Of a stretch of DNA of 64,000 nucleotides, positions 9,586-16,156 are shown one piece after another. The stretch is from Candidatus Saccharimonadales bacterium (GTDB lineage Bacteria; Patescibacteriota; Saccharimonadia; Saccharimonadales; SZUA-47): contig JBBQVE010000001.1 of NCBI GenBank assembly GCA_038211855.1, positions 95,309 to 159,308 on the forward strand, in the 5' to 3' direction. Position 1 is the stretch's first letter, and each line of letters starts with the position of its first letter. A program made the position numbers and the translations under genes. Below the pieces are notes generated by a model. That model was not told where the DNA came from and did not search any database. It was given only the letters and a program-made list of their open reading frames with translations.

Positions 9586-10134
9586 TTAGGCGAGGGGTAG
9601 GATAACTGCCAGACTGGCGATAATGGCCGGTGCGTGGCGCGGCATGAGAATTGTGCGGTTTCGTGCGCCCTCTTGCTCCATGTCGCTAAGTGGTACGATG
9701 CCGTCGTAAAAGATCGGACTGTACGTCGTAAGGCGGAATGAGACGGATGGGTCAGTTACAAGGATATCTTCGCTGCGATGCACCATCTCAAGAAAGGCGG
9801 GTGCTCGCTGACGGTAATCAGTACCGATACTCGCCGAGCCCTTGAGCTTGCCGGCGATCGTTGTAATGTGTGCGGTCGACGTGTCGCTGCCCGCCAAAAT
9901 GATTGCGAGCGAGGCTCCAGCACTGACTGCAAAAATTTTTTGTGGCCGACCTTCTTGGATGTAGTCATGATGCAGCCGACCGAGTTTTTCGGTAGCTGGT
10001 TCGTTTGTCTGCCACGCAGGATCAAAAAAGAATATCTTCTTACGTAGGAATTTATTAAGGCGTCCGACATACTTGCGCTGTGAATCGACGACACTATCTC
10101 CACCGAGCCCAGGTATATAAAAAATCTCAGACAT
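9586..10134 (-). CDS. Hypothetical protein, possibly alpha/beta-hydrolase-fold
   Basis: 182 aa with IFYIPGLGG at the N-terminus and an AVSAGAS nucleophile-elbow-like motif. The assignment is weak. Confidence 0.35.
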   Translation of the reverse strand: MSEIFYIPGLGGDSVVDSQRKYVGRLNKFLRKKIFFFDPAWQTNEPATEKLGRLHHDYIQEGRPQKIFAVSAGASLAIILAGSDTSTAHITTIAGKLKGSASIGTDYRQRAPAFLEMVHRSEDILVTDPSVSFRLTTYSPIFYDGIVPLSDMEQEGARNRTILMPRHAPAIIASLAVILPLA

Positions 10135-10167
10135 TTGTACTAGTATACAGATTATGTTCGAGTAGTA

Positions 10168-10677
10168 CTAGAGGGCGGCTTCGAGTGCTGCCCATTCGGC
10201 CTGGACATCTGAATCAGGAATGTTGATGCTGACCTGGTCGCCTGGCTTAGCTTTGAAATACGTCACAGAAGCGAGTAAGACACGGTATTCAGTTTTGCCG
10301 ACGATGACGAAGTAATGGCCGTCTTTCTGGGTAAGGACGCCGACGATCTGTTTGCGAGGAATCGGTCCGATCTGCTTATAAAGGAAAGCACCGTCATCGG
10401 CGATGGTCAATTTGAGGATGTCGCCTTGGACGAGTTTTGACTTGGATGCATAGTTAGCCGGCACAGGATATGTTTTGCCATCGGATCCGACCATGTTCTG
10501 GCCGTCAAAGACGCCTTCTATGATTTTGCCGATGTTCTCATCACTATCGAGGGCTGCGACGATGCCTTCGTCACCAACAAGGCTCACAAGCAACTCTTTA
10601 GCAGCTGCAAGCGAAGTTTCCGCTTCAGCGATGAGGGCTTTGAGTCTTTTTACTTGTTTGTCTGGTAATTCGGCCAC
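10168..10677 (-). CDS. Hypothetical protein
   Basis: 169-aa ORF with a GTG start preceded by SD GGAG 6 nt upstream. No recognised motif. Confidence 0.6.
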   Translation of the reverse strand: MAELPDKQVKRLKALIAEAETSLAAAKELLVSLVGDEGIVAALDSDENIGKIIEGVFDGQNMVGSDGKTYPVPANYASKSKLVQGDILKLTIADDGAFLYKQIGPIPRKQIVGVLTQKDGHYFVIVGKTEYRVLLASVTYFKAKPGDQVSINIPDSDVQAEWAALEAAL

Positions 10678-10957
10678 GTCACACTCCGTGATATATTTGT
10701 TTCCTATACTCTCTGTACAAGGATGAATGTACCATGCCTACTCCGTCAAGTCAAAAATATATGCTCCCTTCTGTGGATAAATTAACTAATTTAGCGGACG
10801 ACGACGCCGTATTTCATTCTGATTTCGTCGTCTGCTTTCATCTTGGCAATGTTCATATTCCTAATATCTGTAGAGATTTCTGGATTGAAATTCACTTTGT
10901 AGTTATTGCGAATGAGATCCCGAGCTCCCTTTATGTTTTTGAGAGCCTCAGCTATTA

Positions 10958-11179
10958 TTACTCAGTAGCTGTCGTACCCATAAGGCGTTTCTTTAAGTAA
11001 GGTAGCTGCACTTCATCAGCGACTTCAAAGGCGCTTCGACCAAAAGTATCGGCATCTGGAAACCGAAACGTTCTAAATTTTTCTACGTCCGAATCTGTCT
11101 CATACTGAGCGATTCGTGCCATACACGGCGGATCGACTAGAACCATACCATTCAAAAAGTTTTTTGAAGGTAAAAGCAC
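10958..11179 (-). CDS. Hypothetical small protein (start probably at the internal MARIAQYE...)
   Basis: ORF between the rplL terminator and an AT-rich region. It is followed by a protein-like frame that lacks a start codon (see findings). Confidence 0.3.
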   Translation of the reverse strand: MLLPSKNFLNGMVLVDPPCMARIAQYETDSDVEKFRTFRFPDADTFGRSAFEVADEVQLPYLKKRLMGTTATE

Positions 11180-11205
11180 ACGTCCCTTTCGGGACGTGTG
11201 CTTTT
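11172..11205. terminator. Bidirectional rho-independent terminator after rplL
   Basis: AAAAGCACACGTCCC-TTTC-GGGACGTGTGCTTTT, a perfect 11-bp GC-rich stem flanked by A and T runs. Confidence 0.85.
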
Positions 11206-11226
11206 ACAGCGAAGGGCTTTGCTAAA

Positions 11227-11607
11227 CTAGGCGAGTTCAACAGTAGCGCCAGCTGCTTCAAGAGTCTTCTTGTGCGCTTCAGCGTCTTCTTTCTTTGCCT
11301 TCTCTACGATGGTCTTTGGAGCACCATCAACAAGAGCTTTGGCTTCACCAAGGCCGAGGCCGGTGATGTCTTTGACAGCCTTGATGACTGCAACTTTCTG
11401 TGCACCAGCGTCTTTGAGGACGACGTCATATTCGCTCTTTGCGTCTTCGGCTGGAGCAGCATCGCCAGCAGTAGCTGGACCGGCTACAGCGACAGCAGCA
11501 GCTGGTTCGATGCCGTATTCGTCTTTAAGGATCGTACCGAGTTCGTTGACTTCGAGGACGGTGAGACCGACCAATTGTTCTGCAAATTTCTTAAGATCAG
11601 TTGCCAT
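11227..11607 (-). CDS. rplL: 50S ribosomal protein L7/L12
   Basis: 126 aa with ...[21 protein letters not shown]... Confidence 0.97.
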   Translation of the reverse strand: MATDLKKFAEQLVGLTVLEVNELGTILKDEYGIEPAAAVAVAGPATAGDAAPAEDAKSEYDVVLKDAGAQKVAVIKAVKDITGLGLGEAKALVDGAPKTIVEKAKKEDAEAHKKTLEAAGATVELA

Positions 11608-11633
11608 GATAATGATTTCCTTTGGTTGATTTA

Positions 11634-12161
11634 TTAATTGGCGGCGTTTTTGGCTGCGACTGCATCCAAGAGGCCGTGGAGGTTGCCTTTGAGGCCGCTC
11701 ATCACACCTTTGACTGGTGACATAAGCGTACTGATAACGCCAGCGATGAGCTGGTTCTTGCTTGGAAGCACCGCGAGGGTTTTTACTTCTTCGGCTGACA
11801 TGAACGTACCGTCAGCCGTGATGGCGCCGACAAATTCAATCGATGGTTCAGTTTTTGCAAAAGCGTACAGGGCCTGCGCTGGGGCGACTTCATCTTCGCT
11901 GTTAAAGGCGTACAATAGCATGCCTTTGATAGCGCTGACATCAGTGCCTTTGATGGCTTCAGTCTGCTCGATGGCCTTGATTGCTAAGCGGTTTTTGACC
12001 ACTTTGACATTGGTACCATTCTCTTTTGCTGTTTTACGAAGTGCTTGGATAGCCTTAACGGTGGTGCCTTCATATTTGGCAACAACCGTCATTTTTGAGG
12101 TTTTTAAAAGCTCTACAACTTCCGCGACTACTTCGTTTTTTTCTACTTTGGTTAAAGGCAT
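11634..12161 (-). CDS. rplJ: 50S ribosomal protein L10
   Basis: 175 aa, immediately upstream of rplL, with an L10-like sequence. Confidence 0.95.
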   Translation of the reverse strand: MPLTKVEKNEVVAEVVELLKTSKMTVVAKYEGTTVKAIQALRKTAKENGTNVKVVKNRLAIKAIEQTEAIKGTDVSAIKGMLLYAFNSEDEVAPAQALYAFAKTEPSIEFVGAITADGTFMSAEEVKTLAVLPSKNQLIAGVISTLMSPVKGVMSGLKGNLHGLLDAVAAKNAAN

Positions 12162-12330
12162 TGCTGCTCCTCACTTTAGTGATTTTTGCCCGTCCTTCGA
12201 CCTTTGGACTGGGCTGATTTATTACCGAGAATTAAAAAACTGCCTCGCTAAAACGGAGACAGCTTGCTAATGCTCAAAAACAAAGAGATTTACATCTGTT
12301 TGCCTCGGTAGCCAATTAAGCGTGTATTAA
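12162..12330 (-). promoter_or_regulatory. rplJ 5' leader with an internal hairpin plus U6 (12234..12262); candidate L10-leader-type autoregulatory attenuator
   Basis: Minus-strand CUGUCUC-CGUUUUAGC-GAGGCAG followed by UUUUUU lies about 70-100 nt upstream of the rplJ ATG, with more stem-loops upstream. Confidence 0.4.
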
Positions 12331-12401
12331 ACGCAGCTACTGTCTTCGGTAACAGAGAGAACTATAGCACAGCGGACGCTTTCTGTAAAGAGTTGCACCT
12401 C

Positions 12402-12431
12402 TTGACATAAATAGTCATTATATGCTATAAT
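12402..12431 (+). promoter_or_regulatory. Near-consensus sigma-70 promoter (TTGACA-N18-TGcTATAAT) for the GGDEF gene
   Basis: TTGACA at 12402-12407 and TATAAT at 12426-12431. The ATG lies 9 nt after the -10, implying a leaderless transcript. Confidence 0.7.
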
Positions 12432-12440
12432 AGCCATCTT

Positions 12441-13142
12441 ATGCTAGATATGGAGTTCGCACCACATGGCCTTATGCATGGCCCCGAAATCGATCCGCTC
12501 GACCGAGTCTATCTTTTGACGTCTGAAAACCAAGACCTGCGCCACGAGAATCAACAGTTACATCAAGATGCCATTACTGATGAACTTACCGGCCTAAATA
12601 ATAGGCGTGGTTTAAGAGAGTGGGCGGAAACCTCTTATGACCCGAATCGGTCATACGCCATACTTGTGATTGATTTTGCTGATTTTAAGTCCTTAAATGA
12701 TGCGCACAGCCAAGAAGTCGGCGATGAAGCGTTACGTATTTTTGGTGAAGTATTTCCGTCAGCCTTGCGTACGCATGAGCATGAACATGACGAGCGTCGT
12801 GCTGTTCAGACGAATGATGCAACCGCTGTTCGACTCGGTGGCGATGAGTTCGTCGCTATCATTGATCTTGACCACTTACCTCCTGAGCAGTTCAACGCCA
12901 TACTTGAAATTATTAAAACACGTCTTAAAAACAGCTATCGCAGCGCATGCGACGAACGTTTACCAGTCAGTCCTCGATTGCGTATGGATAACGTCACGAA
13001 TTTTAAAGGTGAAACCTTTGAACACTTCTTTCGACGCGGCAACACCTATATCAGTACGACAAAAGCCCATCAGAAGGCTGCTGAAGCACGAGCTCGAATT
13101 GAAGAACTCGGCCAAATCCAAGACGGCATTTCATTCAGCTAA
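12441..13142 (+). CDS. GGDEF-domain diguanylate cyclase (short form with an N-terminal coiled coil, no sensor domain)
   Basis: LTGLNNRRG...VIDFADFKSLND...VRLGGDEFVAII, with an intact GGDEF motif. Confidence 0.85.
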   Translation: MLDMEFAPHGLMHGPEIDPLDRVYLLTSENQDLRHENQQLHQDAITDELTGLNNRRGLREWAETSYDPNRSYAILVIDFADFKSLNDAHSQEVGDEALRIFGEVFPSALRTHEHEHDERRAVQTNDATAVRLGGDEFVAIIDLDHLPPEQFNAILEIIKTRLKNSYRSACDERLPVSPRLRMDNVTNFKGETFEHFFRRGNTYISTTKAHQKAAEARARIEELGQIQDGISFS

Positions 13143-13151
13143 AAGACCCAA

Positions 13152-13604
13152 CTAGCGGGCAATCTGGCTGAAACGCAAAGCACTTTCCCAGAGCTGATCA
13201 ATATGTTTTGCAGGATCTATCTGCTCGAGCGCGATTCCCATTACTACTGATCCCCAGAGAGCATGATGCTGCTCTGGTATCTGTCGCCGTGCGAGTGCCT
13301 CAAAAGCAGAATGTGCGGAGAGTTCACCGTTGCCAAAGCCGAGCGCTCCCTCGTATAAGTCCTTGTAATCTGGGTGAAATTCATTAAAAGCTGCAGTCAC
13401 TCCCAAGAAAGGTACATCGAATTCACGACGGGAGGCATCAATTGAGAGATGAACCGGACTCATCATGTCTACTCCAGACATCCAGGAAAAGCGAAAATGG
13501 TAAGCAGTATTTTCTTCTCCTGCAAAAACTGAATAACTGGTGGCTGCGGCTGTAAAACGCTCAGCGGCTGCTTGGTCGGGCTGTATCTGATCAAGTACTG
13601 TCAT
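13152..13604 (-). CDS. Hypothetical protein (150 aa from ATG 13604; the track ORF extends to 13631)
   Basis: Its start is 1 nt after the stop of the upstream ORF (TAAgATG), with an AGGTG SD-like sequence upstream. No recognised motif. Confidence 0.55.
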   Translation of the reverse strand: MTVLDQIQPDQAAAERFTAAATSYSVFAGEENTAYHFRFSWMSGVDMMSPVHLSIDASRREFDVPFLGVTAAFNEFHPDYKDLYEGALGFGNGELSAHSAFEALARRQIPEQHHALWGSVVMGIALEQIDPAKHIDQLWESALRFSQIAR

Positions 13605-13605
13605 C

Positions 13606-13944
13606 TTATTCAGCACCTGAAGCGAATTCATTTGATTGGCTAAAGTGACGCAAACCTACCAAAACCATCGTATTAAAACCGTTCAGATTAGCCAGGAGTT
13701 CATTGACTGCAGCAGGTGGTTCGTTCGATACCAACGTGTCTGATATGGCTTTTGCGGTTGCAAAAGCTCGCAAGGCTTGATAGTGCATGCCTGTTGCGTC
13801 AACACCATATCCAATCAATTCCCATTGCAAATGCTCTTCATGTGTCCGCGGCCTTCGATACCTCGGTTTTGGAGCCTCCGTTGCTTGCTCGCTTGTTCGG
13901 AAATCCAAGTGTTCTATGCCGTTGTCTGGTAGTACATTTGTCAT
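13606..13944 (-). CDS. Hypothetical protein (112 aa)
   Basis: ORF preceded by SD GGAGA, directly after a hairpin plus U-tract. Confidence 0.55.
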   Translation of the reverse strand: MTNVLPDNGIEHLDFRTSEQATEAPKPRYRRPRTHEEHLQWELIGYGVDATGMHYQALRAFATAKAISDTLVSNEPPAAVNELLANLNGFNTMVLVGLRHFSQSNEFASGAE

Positions 13945-13962
13945 GATAGTTCTCCATAAATT

Positions 13963-13991
13963 AAAAAACGGACTTCGTTTCCGAAGCCCGT
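13963..13991 (-). terminator. Hairpin plus U6 (attenuator terminator of leader B)
   Basis: Minus strand ACGGGCUUCG-GAAA-CGAAGUCCGU followed by UUUUUU, ending about 18 nt before the ATG at 13944. Confidence 0.8.
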
Positions 13992-14011
13992 TTGGTGTGG
14001 CTGTGTGGTTG

Positions 14012-14104
14012 CTAAATGGTCGGCTTCAAATCCATAGCAACACAGCCCGTAATAATCACCACGAGGTTGGACTTGAGCGTTGTGTTGAATGAAGTTGTCA
14101 TCAT
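14012..14104 (-). CDS. Candidate leader peptide B, MMTTSFNTTLKSNLVVIITGCVAMDLKPTI
   Basis: 30 codons with SD GGAG (14118..14115) 10 nt upstream. Contains the run GUG GUG AUU AUU ACG. Not in the ORF track because it is under 60 aa. Confidence 0.45.
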   Translation of the reverse strand: MMTTSFNTTLKSNLVVIITGCVAMDLKPTI

Positions 14105-14132
14105 TACTAGGTTACTCCACATTCACATTGTG

Positions 14133-15296
14133 TCAAGCAGTGACACCACGAGCTGCCAATCGTCCACTACGCCCTTGGTACTTGCCTTCTTCGTGAACCG
14201 CATTGGTTGTATGCCCCCAGAAAGTGGGGTCAAACGGCGTGTAAATACGATGTCCGCCCTTCAAGATGCCATCGCTGTGAATGCCCGAGCGATGCGCCAG
14301 AATATCGCTTCCAACGACGGGACTTTGCCGGTCGATTTCGAAGTTGGCGAAATGCATTACAGTTTTTGCAATATTAACGGACAGACCAGGATTAAACTCC
14401 CAGTTAATACGTTTTGGGTAATCCTCGGCAAAACGGAATAAACTGGCGACAATCGGAAATATATTTGCATTTCCTGCTCGCTCGCCTAGACCACAAATAG
14501 TAGTTTCTACCTGGACGCGTATATCATGGGACACGGGAAAATAAGCAGCCGCTTCTATAAGCGCCAAGCTATTTGCTACTGCCATGCCCAAATCATTATG
14601 ATTGTGAGATGAGACTGTCACATCTGGATTTGTAGCCATAACCCACCTTAAAACTTTGCCATAAAATGTTCGCATAAATGCAGGCGAACGCTGTCCGACT
14701 GTGTCAGGAACATTAATGACATCAGCTCCGGCATCTACGGCTGTTTTTACGACTCGTTCAAGATAGTTCATATCTGTAGTTGAGGCGGCTTCTGCTGAAA
14801 ACTCAACACTGGCACCAATGTGATCAGCGCTTATCTCTTTGGCGTACCGCACTGCGTTACGTGCCATATCGTGCACATCATCAGGAGTTTTACTGGGAAA
14901 CTTAGCACTCATATGATGCGGATCGGTGGAGACAAAAGTATGGATGCGCGGTCGAGCGGCGCCCATAACTGCTGCCCATGTTTTTTCTATATCAGAGGGC
15001 AAGGTACGAGATAAGCCGGCAATGACGGGTGGTCTTGCTACTGCCTCGCTCTTACCACTTTCATTCCAACTACAGACGGTGAAGTCAGTGGTACCAACTC
15101 CCATCGCAGCAACTTCTACTTCTTCGGCATCGCTCGGCGTCGCTGGAAAACCAGCTTCAATAACTCCTATACCTAGGTGCGCAATCGCGTTGGCAATTAC
15201 CGGTTTACTGTTGTCAGGAAACTGGTGATCTGCTGGGAGCGATTGCGCGCCGTCCCTTAATGTCGTGTCAAAAAAATCTATATGTATTTCGCCCAT
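14133..15296 (-). CDS. LeuA/CimA/NifV-family (HMGL-like DRE-TIM) acyl-CoA:2-oxoacid condensing enzyme homolog, catalytic domain only
   Basis: FDTTLRDGAQS, HNHNDLGMAVANSLALIEAA. At 387 aa it lacks the C-terminal LeuA regulatory domain. Confidence 0.75.
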   Translation of the reverse strand: MGEIHIDFFDTTLRDGAQSLPADHQFPDNSKPVIANAIAHLGIGVIEAGFPATPSDAEEVEVAAMGVGTTDFTVCSWNESGKSEAVARPPVIAGLSRTLPSDIEKTWAAVMGAARPRIHTFVSTDPHHMSAKFPSKTPDDVHDMARNAVRYAKEISADHIGASVEFSAEAASTTDMNYLERVVKTAVDAGADVINVPDTVGQRSPAFMRTFYGKVLRWVMATNPDVTVSSHNHNDLGMAVANSLALIEAAAYFPVSHDIRVQVETTICGLGERAGNANIFPIVASLFRFAEDYPKRINWEFNPGLSVNIAKTVMHFANFEIDRQSPVVGSDILAHRSGIHSDGILKGGHRIYTPFDPTFWGHTTNAVHEEGKYQGRSGRLAARGVTA

Positions 15297-15315
15297 TGTA
15301 AATCTCCATAAAATT

Positions 15316-15341
15316 AAAAAAACTTCCTTTTGGCTGGAAGT
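15316..15341 (-). terminator. Hairpin plus U7 (attenuator terminator of leader A)
   Basis: Minus strand ACUUCC-AGCCAAAA-GGAAGU followed by UUUUUUU, ending about 20 nt before the ATG at 15296. Confidence 0.7.
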
Positions 15342-15405
15342 CTACTTTTCGTGGGCTGTACTGGGCGCTTTACGCGAGATTCCAACCATGCTTGAGGCAC
15401 AGCCC

Positions 15406-15453
15406 TTAAAGGCTGAGGAGGAGGTTCGCGGTGTGGTCAGATACGAAAGTCAT
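15406..15453 (-). CDS. Candidate leader peptide A, MTFVSDHTANLLLSL
   Basis: 15 codons ending CUC CUC CUC AGC CUU UAA. The RBS is weak or absent. Confidence 0.4.
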   Translation of the reverse strand: MTFVSDHTANLLLSL

Positions 15454-15486
15454 TACTTTAAGAGTACACTGATATTTTGCTACGTC

Positions 15487-15494
15487 AAATAAAA
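15487..15494. repeat. Target-site duplication AAATAAAA (left copy)
   Basis: The identical 8-mer directly abuts the other end of the IS at 17578..17585. Confidence 0.9.
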
Positions 15495-15540
15495 GGCGAC
15501 TCTCCCCTCACAGCAAGTAGAATGATATACTTCATTTTAG

Positions 15541-15699
15541 ATGGCTCTATTACTCCTGATAGCAATTGTGATTATCGTTATAGACTTATATGTACGAATT
15601 AGTGGTGCCAGGAAAACTACGGTTGATCTTGCCAAAGCTGTAAATGAAAAGTTAAAAGAACATGAAGAACGCATAGAGGAACTGGAGAGTAATAACTAG
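15541..15699 (+). CDS. Small membrane protein (52 aa, MALLLLIAIVIIVIDLYV... plus a coiled-coil tail) carried in the IS
   Basis: TGaTATACT extended -10 (15523..15531) lies 9 nt before the ATG. One TM helix. Confidence 0.4.
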   Translation: MALLLLIAIVIIVIDLYVRISGARKTTVDLAKAVNEKLKEHEERIEELESNN

Positions 15700-15710
15700 C
15701 GTAAACGGTA

Positions 15711-15719
15711 TGCTATAAT
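15711..15719 (+). promoter_or_regulatory. Extended -10 element TGcTATAAT inside the IS, not followed by an ORF
   Basis: Followed by two hairpins (about 15746..15782 and 15815..15842) and then the tRNA-like gene. May drive a small RNA or the tRNA. Confidence 0.35.
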
Positions 15720-15814
15720 AACTTTCGTAACAACCCTATAAATAAAACAAGAAGAGAAGAATATGAGCTAACTCTTGTTTTAGGAATTGTTACACCTAAT
15801 AGGCCACACTCACA

Positions 15815-15842
15815 GCCACAAGAGACACTCTTGTGGCTTTTT
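15815..15842 (+). terminator. Rho-independent terminator-like hairpin
   Basis: GCCACAAGAG-ACA-CTCTTGTGGC followed by TTTTT. Confidence 0.7.
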
Positions 15843-15873
15843 CTTTAATAATTTGATGATACATTCCGTTTAT

Positions 15874-15950
15874 ACCGGCGTAACTCAACTGGATAGAGCG
15901 CGTGATTGGCTTTCGCGAAGATGTCGGTTCGAATCCGACCGCTGGTACCA
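15874..15950 (+). tRNA. Atypical tRNA-like gene, anticodon GGC (nominally Ala), encoded CCA
   Basis: Hand-folded cloverleaf: acceptor ACCGGCG/CGCTGGT, T arm GTCGG-TTCGAAT-CCGAC, anticodon arm CGTGA-TTGGCTT-TCGCG. Deviations are A10.C25, U37, and G4:U69 in place of G3:U70. Confidence 0.6.
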
Positions 15951-16156
15951 CCCCTAACGGATGGTAGCAACCCCTTAAAACGTAAGAGACCCGTGATGGG
16001 TCTCCGCGTGATTGGCTGTTTCTATTTTAGCACGGCTAGTCTAAGGGTGCACAGCATTTTCGCATGTGCTAATTAAATGTGCTTAATAATATGCAAAATA
16101 AGTATTACATTAACACCTTACAAAATGCCTTGCATAGCAAGTATATTTGTGATACA

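Noticed and set aside
13945-15486. T-box or other known riboswitch as the identity of leaders A and B
   Set aside because: I could not find the T-box consensus (AANNNGGGTGGNACCGCG-like) or a specifier-loop arrangement. The codon-cassette swap inside a mini-ORF fits leader-peptide attenuation better. This still needs an Rfam scan to exclude it formally.
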